From an uncultured Treponema sp. (lineage in GTDB: Bacteria > Spirochaetota > Spirochaetia > Treponematales > Breznakiellaceae): 64,000 bases of DNA. Positions 55,651-64,000 of this stretch are shown here, piece by piece. Both the position numbers and the translations under genes were made by a program. The stretch spans positions 64,919 through 128,918 of the forward strand of contig CAYRLW010000004.1 in NCBI GenBank assembly GCA_964425215.1, written 5' to 3'. Below the pieces are notes generated by a model, which was given only the letters and a program-made list of their open reading frames with translations, did no database searches and was not told where the DNA came from. Numbering within the stretch: the first letter of the stretch is position 1; the number at the start of each line of letters is the position of its first letter.

Positions 55651-58600
55651 ATGATACTCCGTTTCTTTTTTTTCCTTTGGATGGGATTCCTCGCTACCGT
55701 TGGCGCTTTTGCCCAGGATAGCTTGTTTTTTAGCACCCTTAGCACCCGGGATGGGCTTCCGAATTCGTCTATCGCCGCCATCGCCCAGGATGATCGGGGG
55801 TTTTTGTGGTTTGGGACCCAGGGGGCCCTGGTTCGGTACGATGGGTACACCTATAGGGTCTACGAAAACGAACCCTTCGAGGAAAACGCCCTAAGCCATA
55901 ATCAGGTTCAAACCATGCTTATGGAAAAGGATGTCCTATGGATAGGTACCTACGGCGGGCTGGACCGGCTGGATTTAAAAACCGATAAAATTACCCCGTA
56001 TTTGCACGATCCTGAAAATCCCGATAGTTTGTCCGGGGATCTGGTGGTCTCCCTGGTCAGGGATCGGGATGGACGGCTTTGGGTGGGAACCTCCAAGGGC
56101 CTGGATCGGCTGGACGAAAAATCGGGCAAGTTTATCCACTATAAGCCCAGCGAGACGGATGTTCACGCGGTTCCGCCGGGGATTATCCGTTCTCTTTTAG
56201 TCGATACCCAGGGGACCCTCTGGGTTGGAACCGGAGGCGGGGGGCTTCTGTTTTACAACCGGGATACGGATGATTTTACCCGACTCCCCTGGAATAAAAA
56301 CGACCCTTCCCAGTTGCCCAGTCCCTACGTTATGAGCCTTACCGAAACCCCCGACGGGGAACTGTGGGTTGGTTCCTGGTACGGTGGCATTTCTCGGCTC
56401 GTGGACCGTAAGACCCTGCGCTTCCAAACCGTATATTTGGCCGATGACCGGATCTATTTTGTAAAATCCATGACCCGGAACGAGCTGTTTGTGGGGACCT
56501 GGGGAGGCGGCCTGTTTGAATATAACCGTTCCACCGGAGCGGTTATCCGGCACCAACACACCGATGGGCCCGGCTCCATTCCCAACGATGTGGTGTACTC
56601 GGCTTTTCTGGATTCCAACGATGTCTACTGGGTGGGTACTAACGGGGGCGGGGTTGCCCGTTCCGAACGGAGGACCGTGCAGTACCAGGCCTACCTGCAT
56701 AACCCAGAACGGAAAGATAGCCTGCCGGCGGGTAAGGTGTCTTCCATAGTGGAAGATCATACGGGTAAACTCTGGGTAGGGGTCTACAACGGGGGCCTTA
56801 ACCGGCTGGATAGGGAAACGGGAACCTTCCGACATTATTTTCACGATCCAAAAAATCCCAAAAGTTTTCCCAACGATATCGTCAACGCGTTGTACGAGGA
56901 TAGGGAAGGGCGCCTCTGGGCGGCCACCAACGATGGTCTAGCGCTGTACAACCGGTCAACCGATGATTTTACCGTGTACCGTCACGATCCCAACAAGGCG
57001 GATAGTTTAGCCGATTCGGTGATTTACGCGATCAAAGAAAGTCCCGATGGTTTTTTGTGGGTGGGCACCTATACCCAGGGGTTGGAACGGTTTAACCCCC
57101 TCACGGGAACGTCCAGTCACGTCTTCTCTACCGCCGATTCCCTGGTGTACGCCCTAGAATACGACCGCCACGGGAATTTGTGGATAGGAACCAATAACGG
57201 CCTGGATCGTATGGAAAACGGTCAGGTGGTCCACCGTTATCGCTACGATATCAAAAACCCTAAGGGCATATCCTCCAATACGATTCGCATTATTTTTAGG
57301 GACTCCACGGGCCGCCTTTGGATGGGAACCGTCGGCGGGGGACTACTCCGCTACGATGAAGATACCGATACCTTTGTCCATTTTACTAAAAAGCAAGGTC
57401 TGCTGGATAATACGGTCCGATCGATTTTAGAAGTGGACGATGGATCCCGCTGGATCGGTACCGCCACGGGAATTGGGGTTATCGATAAATCGGGTTCCTT
57501 TTTCCGGGGGTACTCGGTGTACAACGACCTTAAGGATAGGGAATTTCACACGGGGGCGTGGAAGGCCAGGGACGGAAAGCTCTACTTTGGGGGACAAAAC
57601 GCCCTGTACGTTTTAAATCCCCGGGATGCCCTCAAGGACCTTAAGCCACCGAAGGTTTTAGTTTCGGAGATCCAGGTCAACGGGAAAAATATAGTCAATA
57701 CCCAGATCTCGTCCATCGCCGCGCCGTACATTCAAAAGCTCCGGCTCCCCTACGATAAGAATAATGTTTCCGTTTCCGTTGCCACCGTCGATTTCCGCGA
57801 ACCCCTACGGAACCTCTATTCGTATAAATTAGAGGGCTTCGATAAGGACTGGTCTAGTCCCTCCGTGGCTCGAAGGGTGGCGTATACCAACCTGCCGGGG
57901 GGGCACTATACCCTCAGGGTTCGGGCGGCGGACAACGACGGAGTCTGGAACGATAACGCCATCAATCTTCCCATCACCATCGACTCTCCTCCCTGGGCTA
58001 CCCCCTGGGCCTACGGGCTCTACATCCTTCTCCTTTTGGGTGTGGGTTTTCTCATCACCAAGGCCTGGGGCCGAAGGGTACTCCAACAGCGGATAGAGGA
58101 ATTAACCAGGTTGCAGGAGGAACTCCAACGGGCCAATCAACGGCTGGACGACCTGTCCATGCTCGACGGCTTGACCGGGATTCCAAATCGGCGCCGTCTT
58201 GATCAGGTTTTAGGGCTCCTCTTTGCCGACGCGGTACGGGAACGGAAACCCCTGGCGGTCATCATGTTCGATATCGATTATTTTAAAGCCTTCAACGACC
58301 TGTATGGACACCTAAGGGGAGACGAAACCCTAAAGCAGGTGGCCCAATCCCTCCAAAGGTCCGTTGAACGGGCTACGGACTTTGTCGCCCGTTTTGGGGG
58401 CGAGGAGTTCATCGCGGTCCTTTCCAATACCGACAGGGAAGGCGCCCGTACCGTGGCCGAACGGATCCGTACCGCCGTGGCAGACCTGGGGATTCCCCAC
58501 GAAGGATCCGCTGTCGCGGATGTGGTCACCCTGAGCGCGGGCCTTTTTGTGGGGGTCCCCGAACCAAACCAACAGGGAACCGATTTTATCGCCCAGGCCG

Positions 58601-58671
58601 ACACGGCCCTGTATCAGGCTAAATCTAGCGGGAGAAATAGGCTTTGCGATGGCACCACCGTAAGGACCTAG
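55651..58671 (+). CDS. periplasmic two-component-regulator-propeller/Y_Y_Y sensor diguanylate cyclase (GGDEF)
   Basis: Signal peptide, repeated beta-propeller blades (LWVGT/LWIGT), Y_Y_Y-like region, TM, coiled coil, GGDEF domain with RFGGEEF active site. Confidence 0.8.
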   Translation: MILRFFFFLWMGFLATVGAFAQDSLFFSTLSTRDGLPNSSIAAIAQDDRGFLWFGTQGALVRYDGYTYRVYENEPFEENALSHNQVQTMLMEKDVLWIGTYGGLDRLDLKTDKITPYLHDPENPDSLSGDLVVSLVRDRDGRLWVGTSKGLDRLDEKSGKFIHYKPSETDVHAVPPGIIRSLLVDTQGTLWVGTGGGGLLFYNRDTDDFTRLPWNKNDPSQLPSPYVMSLTETPDGELWVGSWYGGISRLVDRKTLRFQTVYLADDRIYFVKSMTRNELFVGTWGGGLFEYNRSTGAVIRHQHTDGPGSIPNDVVYSAFLDSNDVYWVGTNGGGVARSERRTVQYQAYLHNPERKDSLPAGKVSSIVEDHTGKLWVGVYNGGLNRLDRETGTFRHYFHDPKNPKSFPNDIVNALYEDREGRLWAATNDGLALYNRSTDDFTVYRHDPNKADSLADSVIYAIKESPDGFLWVGTYTQGLERFNPLTGTSSHVFSTADSLVYALEYDRHGNLWIGTNNGLDRMENGQVVHRYRYDIKNPKGISSNTIRIIFRDSTGRLWMGTVGGGLLRYDEDTDTFVHFTKKQGLLDNTVRSILEVDDGSRWIGTATGIGVIDKSGSFFRGYSVYNDLKDREFHTGAWKARDGKLYFGGQNALYVLNPRDALKDLKPPKVLVSEIQVNGKNIVNTQISSIAAPYIQKLRLPYDKNNVSVSVATVDFREPLRNLYSYKLEGFDKDWSSPSVARRVAYTNLPGGHYTLRVRAADNDGVWNDNAINLPITIDSPPWATPWAYGLYILLLLGVGFLITKAWGRRVLQQRIEELTRLQEELQRANQRLDDLSMLDGLTGIPNRRRLDQVLGLLFADAVRERKPLAVIMFDIDYFKAFNDLYGHLRGDETLKQVAQSLQRSVERATDFVARFGGEEFIAVLSNTDREGARTVAERIRTAVADLGIPHEGSAVADVVTLSAGLFVGVPEPNQQGTDFIAQADTALYQAKSSGRNRLCDGTTVRT

Positions 58672-58769
58672 TTCCGTACCCCTCCCATGGACGAGGAGGC
58701 CCCTCTTTCGGTATAGTAAAACGGTATTGCACCACTGGGTTTCATGCTAAACGTTGAGGGAGTTATTCC

Positions 58770-60260
58770 ATGGAAGTACGAGTTCGCTACGCCCCGTCCC
58801 CCACGGGGCTTCAACATATCGGGGGGCTACGGACCGCCCTGTTTAACTATCTGTTTGCCCGTTCCCAGGGGGGGAAGTTTATCCTCCGGTTGGAAGATAC
58901 GGACCAAAGCCGCTCCAGTCCCGTTTTTGTGCAAAACCTCTACGATACCTTCGCGTGGCTGGGTTTCCATTGGGACGAGGGTCCCGATGTGGGGGGGCCT
59001 TCGGCTCCCTACGTCCAATCCGAACGGTTCGACCTGTATCGAACCTACGCCGAACAGTTGGTAGCCCAGGGGCAGGCGTACTATTGTTTTTGTACGGAGG
59101 AGCGTCTGGACGCGATCCGAAAGGATCGGGAGGAGTCCAAGTCCAGCGAAACGGGGTACGACCGTCATTGTCGAGCCCTTTCAGCCTCGGAAGCCGCCCA
59201 ACGGGCCGCTACAGGGGAACCCCACGTAATCCGTCTTAAAATACCCCTGGGAGAAACGACCCATTTCCACGACCATCTTTTAGGGGACATCGAGTGGAAG
59301 AACGACGACGTAAACCCCGACCCGGTCTTATTAAAAACCGACGGCTTTCCCACGTACCACCTGGCTAACGTGGTGGACGATCATTTGATGGGCATTACCC
59401 ACGTTCTCCGGGCCCAGGAATGGGTTCCCTCCACTCCCCTGCACGTCATCATGTACCGGGCCTTCGGGTGGGACCACCCGGAATACTGCCATCTGCCCAT
59501 GGTGATGGGTCAGGACGGGAAAAAGCTTAGCAAGCGCCACGGGGCCACCAGTATCGATGAGTTCCGCAAATCCGGGTACCTGCCGGAAGCGCTGATCAAC
59601 TACGTCGCCCTGCTCGGGGCTTCATACGAAGAGGGAAAGGATCTGTACACCCTGGAAGAGCTGGCCTCCCGATTCCGTTTGGATAAACTAAACAAAGCCC
59701 CCGCGGTCTTTGATTATAAAAAACTAGAGTGGTACAACGGCCAGTATATTCGCATGAAAAGCGACGACCAATTGGCCGACCTGGCCTTGCCCTTCGCCGT
59801 TTCTTCGGGCCTCTTCGGTGGCGGCGTCGACGGTTCTGGGAACCCCAGCGATACCCAACGGGCGGCCTTCAAAGCCGCCATGCCCCTGGTCAAAGAACGG
59901 GCCGTGTTTATTCAAGAGATTCCCCAAAAGGTGGCTTACCTATTTTCCGACCCCCCCGTTCCAGCGCCGGAGGAGTTTATCCCCAAAAAACTAGATCAAA
60001 ACGCCGCCCGGGAACTTTTAGAGCTGGCCCGTACCCTGGTAGAACCCTTGGCCCAGGGGAGCGACGAAGAGGACGAGGCTCTGATAAAGCAGGTTTCCCT
60101 GGAGCGGAACGTAAAAATGGGGGATCTGATGATGCCCCTCCGGGTCGCCATAACCGGTTCCCGCGTTAGTCCCCCCCTGTTCGGTTCTCTTCGTATTTTG
60201 GGAGTTAAGCGGAGCCTGGAACGGGTGGACAGGGCTCTGGCGGTTTTGAAGAAGGCCTAG
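58770..60260 (+). CDS. gltX: glutamate--tRNA ligase
   Basis: Class I HIGH (PTGLQHIGGLRTALFNY) and KMSKS (KLSKRHG) motifs with GluRS-specific core. Confidence 0.9.
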   Translation: MEVRVRYAPSPTGLQHIGGLRTALFNYLFARSQGGKFILRLEDTDQSRSSPVFVQNLYDTFAWLGFHWDEGPDVGGPSAPYVQSERFDLYRTYAEQLVAQGQAYYCFCTEERLDAIRKDREESKSSETGYDRHCRALSASEAAQRAATGEPHVIRLKIPLGETTHFHDHLLGDIEWKNDDVNPDPVLLKTDGFPTYHLANVVDDHLMGITHVLRAQEWVPSTPLHVIMYRAFGWDHPEYCHLPMVMGQDGKKLSKRHGATSIDEFRKSGYLPEALINYVALLGASYEEGKDLYTLEELASRFRLDKLNKAPAVFDYKKLEWYNGQYIRMKSDDQLADLALPFAVSSGLFGGGVDGSGNPSDTQRAAFKAAMPLVKERAVFIQEIPQKVAYLFSDPPVPAPEEFIPKKLDQNAARELLELARTLVEPLAQGSDEEDEALIKQVSLERNVKMGDLMMPLRVAITGSRVSPPLFGSLRILGVKRSLERVDRALAVLKKA

Positions 60261-60995
60261 GTGATCCCCGGATCTATTCGTTCCGTTGTGTTGATCCTTC
60301 TGCCCCTCCTTATTCTTTCTCCCATGGCAGGGGCCCAGTCGGTGTATCTCCCTGCCTCGGTGGAGGAGCGGCTTGCCACGGAGCCCCTGGTATCCTCGTT
60401 TCAATTCAACCCCCAATCCCTACGCCTACTGCCCCGATACTCCGGAAGCGGCGAGTTTGCCGCCCGCCACGGAGCCCTCCGGGCCCACGCCCTTCAAGAG
60501 GCCCTTTTTGCCCTTAAGCCCCTGGGCATACGGATGGATAGGTCTACGGCGTACCGTATCCTGCTCCAGGCTCCTTCCTTGAGCAACCTAACCTTCCACC
60601 AGGCGGGAGAAGATCCGGTAGTTGTTTTTGGCAAGGTCCGCTTTATCCAGGAACCCCAGGGGGATGACCTCCATTGCGTGGTGGAAATCCACGATAAGGA
60701 TTTCGGAACCGCCCGCTTTAACGGAAAGTTTATCAACACGGAAAATCGTTTCGAGTTGCGGATGATTAATCTGGATTCCCTTCATTATTTAATTTTCCCC
60801 GCCGTCCCCCCCCGTCACGCCCTGGTGGACCTCCTCTACTTTGACGACCCCCAGCGGCCGTTGGTGTACACCGCTTGGAGCGTCAGGGCATATTTTTTTG
60901 TGCCAGGGGTGGTGGATATCGAAAAATTATTGTACCGCCGAGCCATGGCGTTAAAGGATTGGTTTACCGATGTGTTGGAGCGTACCGCACAATGA
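60261..60995 (+). CDS. secreted hypothetical protein (244 aa)
   Basis: Signal peptide; starts at gltX stop; no family. Confidence 0.4.
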   Translation: MIPGSIRSVVLILLPLLILSPMAGAQSVYLPASVEERLATEPLVSSFQFNPQSLRLLPRYSGSGEFAARHGALRAHALQEALFALKPLGIRMDRSTAYRILLQAPSLSNLTFHQAGEDPVVVFGKVRFIQEPQGDDLHCVVEIHDKDFGTARFNGKFINTENRFELRMINLDSLHYLIFPAVPPRHALVDLLYFDDPQRPLVYTAWSVRAYFFVPGVVDIEKLLYRRAMALKDWFTDVLERTAQ

Positions 60996-61900
60996 AAATT
61001 AGGGTGATAGAACTACCCCTCGATTTTGGCGCAAGCCGACGGGGGAGCGATATGGGCCCCTCGGCCATGCGGCTGGCGGGTTTAAAACAAGAATTGATAG
61101 ACCTGGGCCACCAGGCGGAGGAATCTTTTCCCGGCATCCCCGTGAGCGCCCAGGAGTTCCTGGAGGAAGGGGATCGGGACGCGAAGTTCCTGGCCCCCAT
61201 CGCCGAGGCCTGCGCCCAGCTGGCCCAACGGGTGGAAGAAGCCGTGGACGATGGGGTTTTTCCCCTCGTGCTTGGGGGGGACCATTCTATCGCCATCGGT
61301 ACCCTTTCTGGTTTAGGAGCCGCGTACGCCAAGCGTCAACTTCGGTGGGGCACCCTTTGGGTAGACGCCCACGGGGACTTTAACACCCCCGAAACGACCC
61401 CCTCGGGGAATATCCACGGCATGTCCCTGGCCGTGGCCTGCGGGTACGGCCGAAGCGAACTGACGGGGCTCCACGGAAACTTCCGAAAGCTCGACCCCGC
61501 CAACGTGGCCCTCATAGGGGTACGGGACCTGGACCGCTACGAAAAGGATACCATGCGAAAAGCCGGGGTCCGGGTGTTCACCATGACCGACGTGGATCGC
61601 CTGGGAATCGCCGAGGCATCCCGTCAAGTGGTGGCCTTTTTTAAAGAACGGGTCGATAGGCTTCACGTCAGCGTGGATATGGACGTGATGGACCCCATGA
61701 TCGCTCCCGGGGTCGGCATTCCCCTTTCGGGGGGCTTCTCCTACCGGGAAGTGCTTCTTTTGGCGGAAGATTTGGCCGCCTCCGGGCTCTTAGCCTCGGC
61801 GGAACTGGTGGAAGTGAACCCGGTCCTTGACGTGCGCAACCAAACCGCCCGCATGGCCGTGGAAATCGCCGGCCGTCTGTTGGGCGGCCGGGTGTATTGA
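60992..61900 (+). CDS. arginase-family (ureohydrolase) enzyme, arginase-like
   Basis: GGDHSIAIG, DAHGDFNTPETTPSGNIHGM, SVDMDVMDP Mn-binding motifs; start set at MKIRVIEL ATG overlapping upstream stop. Confidence 0.8.
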   Translation: MKIRVIELPLDFGASRRGSDMGPSAMRLAGLKQELIDLGHQAEESFPGIPVSAQEFLEEGDRDAKFLAPIAEACAQLAQRVEEAVDDGVFPLVLGGDHSIAIGTLSGLGAAYAKRQLRWGTLWVDAHGDFNTPETTPSGNIHGMSLAVACGYGRSELTGLHGNFRKLDPANVALIGVRDLDRYEKDTMRKAGVRVFTMTDVDRLGIAEASRQVVAFFKERVDRLHVSVDMDVMDPMIAPGVGIPLSGGFSYREVLLLAEDLAASGLLASAELVEVNPVLDVRNQTARMAVEIAGRLLGGRVY

Positions 61901-61927
61901 ATATCCCGGTTCAAACCTACTACCCTT

Positions 61928-61951
61928 GTAATCCCCATAAGCGGGGATTAC
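61928..61951 (+). terminator. hairpin after arginase gene (weak U-tract)
   Basis: gtaatcccc-ataagc-ggggattac 9-bp perfect stem; followed by gttccttt. Confidence 0.35.
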
Positions 61952-62028
61952 GTTCCTTTAACTACCAAATAGGAAGCGGGTTTTAGGCGGGAATCTGGGG
62001 TATACTGGTAAAAACAGGAGGCCGTGTT

Positions 62029-63045
62029 ATGAAAAAGTCTTGGTATTTTTTCGTCTTCCTTTTTCTTCCCGTTTTCCTGTTTTCTCCCCTTATGGTTGAT
62101 GCGGCGCCGCTGACCGAGGATTTAGCCCGTACGCTTGACGCCATGGCGGCCAAGTATTGGGATTCCCGCATCCAAGCGGCCTTTGGGACCTTTACCTACG
62201 AATACTCGGGCCTGGCCACACCCTTTTCCCGGTGGCTGGAGGATCAACTGATTAAGGCCGCCTCCCGAACCGAGCGGCTAACCCTTTTTAACCGAAGCGC
62301 CGCGGCGGCGATGGACCCGGCTTTTAGGGGTATGTACGGCGATTTTTTCGCCACCAACCAGGTTGATGGGCTTTTGACGGGTAAATTTTTTGTGGAACCC
62401 CCGGGGGTACGGCTTCAGTTGGAGCTGACGAGCCTTCGCAACGGGGACCTTATTGACGCCCGGGACGTTATCGTCCCATCCTCCGCAATCCCCCGATCGA
62501 TTTCCCTAAGCCCCTCTTCGGAGATCGTGGACAGGGCAAAGACCCTGGCCACATTATCCGGGAGTCCTTCGGCTCCGGGAGGCCTGACGGTCTCGGTCAG
62601 TACCGACCGGGGGGTAGGGGCGGCCTACTACGACGGCGAAAAGATGACCGTTTTTGTTTCGGTGAACCGGGACGCATACGTCAAACTGTACAGCATCGAC
62701 GCCCAGGGAAAAACCCAGCTCATTTGGCCCAACCGTTTTAGCGGCGGCCGGGGCTTTATTGCCGCGGGGTCTCCGGTCCGTATCCCCGGCGCTAAGGATC
62801 CCTTTTCTTTCCTATTGGGGGCTCCCTACGGGACCGAGTTTATTAAGGCCGTCGCATCCACCGACCCCTTCGCGGAAAAGGAGGAAGACTTCGCCGACTT
62901 GGACGGGGACGCCCCCTCGGTGATCAAACGAGGTTTGCTGGTGTCCCGTAACACCCCCCAGGGGGACACCCCCCAGGGGAGCAGTAAAACCAATTCCTTG
63001 GGCACAGCGGAAGCCCTGGCCAGCTATGTCATCGCAAAAAAATAG
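62029..63045 (+). CDS. secreted/lipoprotein with DUF4384-like C-terminal domain
   Basis: Signal peptide; C-terminal VFVSVNRDAYVKLYSIDAQGKTQLIWPN...FIAAGSPVRIPG resembles DUF4384. Confidence 0.4.
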   Translation: MKKSWYFFVFLFLPVFLFSPLMVDAAPLTEDLARTLDAMAAKYWDSRIQAAFGTFTYEYSGLATPFSRWLEDQLIKAASRTERLTLFNRSAAAAMDPAFRGMYGDFFATNQVDGLLTGKFFVEPPGVRLQLELTSLRNGDLIDARDVIVPSSAIPRSISLSPSSEIVDRAKTLATLSGSPSAPGGLTVSVSTDRGVGAAYYDGEKMTVFVSVNRDAYVKLYSIDAQGKTQLIWPNRFSGGRGFIAAGSPVRIPGAKDPFSFLLGAPYGTEFIKAVASTDPFAEKEEDFADLDGDAPSVIKRGLLVSRNTPQGDTPQGSSKTNSLGTAEALASYVIAKK

Positions 63046-63088
63046 GGAAGCTACATCAAAAAAATCCTCGTCCGGGCCCGCTAAACGC

Positions 63089-63874
63089 TTATTTTATAGG
63101 CATACCGGCGGACAAGCCCAGGGTAAAGGCCCTATTCGTGTCCAAGGCGTCGGTGAGCATGGCGTCGATGACGAATTTATACTTACTCAACGCGGGGTAC
63201 GATGCAATATCTATACGAATCCCCGTATTTAAACTGCCCCGTTGGGAAGCGTTGGCCCCCACCGCCTGGGTGCTATAGGAAAAATTGGCGAAATCCGTGA
63301 GCCAGTGGATATAATTTTGAAAGACCTTGGGGAACAGGACCATATCAAAACCCATCCCAAAATCGATATTGCTATCGTTACTGTCCTTTACAAACGTCTT
63401 CCCCACCACCACCGTGGTATCCGCGGGCATATTAAAAAAGGTGGCCGGGTAGGTGGCCGACAAATAAATTTGGGTGGCGTTGGAACTGGTGCCCCCCTGT
63501 TGTAGCAACTGAACGTTCCCACCGATCGCCACGGCGGTTCCCGTGGTGGGAAGCTGAAGTTTGCCGCCGATCAGGGTATCCCCGTTTTTATCCCCGATCT
63601 GATTATCGTAGGCCAGGGAAACCTCGAACCATTTAAAAAGACTGACACTGGCGGCAGGAATATGGGCCACATCGCTTTGGTCAAAAATCCCATGGTACCC
63701 CAGATCCACGGCCACATCGGCGCTCTTTTCCCATCCAATCCTACCCGTGGGGATCGAAATGAGGCCCGTGGCCCCGTTAAGGCTCATCCCCTTAAGGGAT
63801 TGGGCCGTTACCCCAGGGACCCATAGCGAAAAAACAACCAGGGCGATTAAAAGATTTTTTGTTCCCTTCATCAT
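63089..63874 (-). CDS. secreted hypothetical protein (261 aa), possible outer-membrane protein
   Basis: Signal peptide, Gly/Thr-rich beta-strand-like composition. Confidence 0.4.
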   Translation of the reverse strand: MMKGTKNLLIALVVFSLWVPGVTAQSLKGMSLNGATGLISIPTGRIGWEKSADVAVDLGYHGIFDQSDVAHIPAASVSLFKWFEVSLAYDNQIGDKNGDTLIGGKLQLPTTGTAVAIGGNVQLLQQGGTSSNATQIYLSATYPATFFNMPADTTVVVGKTFVKDSNDSNIDFGMGFDMVLFPKVFQNYIHWLTDFANFSYSTQAVGANASQRGSLNTGIRIDIASYPALSKYKFVIDAMLTDALDTNRAFTLGLSAGMPIK

Positions 63875-63946
63875 TTTCTCCTTTTAAAACGTTATAATAA
63901 AACACTTAAGAGTACTATATCGAGCAATTTCGCTTTTTTCAATAAA

Positions 63947-63980
63947 GGCTCTTTCAAAACTCCCTTAGTTTTGAAAGAGC
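63947..63980. other. perfect 14-bp inverted repeat with 5-nt loop
   Basis: gctctttcaaaact-ccctt-agttttgaaagagc; located about 75 nt 5' of the minus-strand gene start at 63874. Confidence 0.5.
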
Positions 63981-64000
63981 AACCTTAGATGTACATGCAG

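Noticed and set aside
1-64000. CRISPR arrays, rRNA genes, transposases or integrases
   Set aside because: None found on reading. The only regular short-period repeat structure is the 183-bp tRNA-associated array, which lacks the repeat-spacer organisation of CRISPR.

Overview
The window looks like a 64-kb chromosomal segment from a spirochete-like bacterium. That origin is inferred only from gene content: FapA/DUF342, bactofilin, six TPR-repeat (lipo)proteins, FadL-like outer-membrane paralogs ending in an aromatic residue, a methyl-accepting chemotaxis protein (MCP), a GGDEF protein, ppdK. Gene density is high, overlapping or translationally coupled genes are frequent, and GC is moderately high by eye.

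Most of the window is housekeeping. The genes I can name with reasonable confidence are ppdK, pta, tyrA, a MiaB-family methylthiotransferase, murI-rsgA-mutS2, argR, pgi, an MCP, xth, a rhomboid, clpS-clpA-aat, an SPFH protein, a PaaI-like thioesterase, an OmpR-type two-component pair, tdh, a Y_Y_Y/GGDEF diguanylate cyclase, gltX and an arginase-family gene.

Features not explained by the housekeeping genes:

- A tRNA-Lys(TTT) gene with its own sigma70-like promoter is followed by about 2.5 tandem copies of a 183-bp unit. Each unit re-creates the tRNA 3' end and an intrinsic terminator, and embeds a T-arm-like fragment that looks as if the T-loop was split by a ~110-nt insert. Downstream there is island-like cargo: macro domain, DUF167, HExxH lipoprotein, MBL-fold hydrolase, pentapeptide-repeat protein.
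- A three-gene minus-strand operon is joined by ATGA overlaps: TM-TPR protein with a C-terminal Mrr_cat-like restriction-endonuclease domain, then a calcineurin-like metallophosphoesterase, then a ParB/Srx-fold nuclease-domain protein. This is a candidate uncharacterised nucleic-acid-targeting or defence module.
- A five-gene ECF sigma operon whose zf-HC2 anti-sigma factor carries a CBM48-like (glycogen-binding-like) extracytoplasmic domain, followed by two secreted proteins and a beta-barrel OMP.
- Smaller observations: an ARG-box-like palindrome directly upstream of argR; palindromes upstream of pgi and at the window end; a FadL-like paralog pair flanking an Ala/Ser-rich lipoprotein.

No CRISPR array, rRNA or recognisable transposase was seen.
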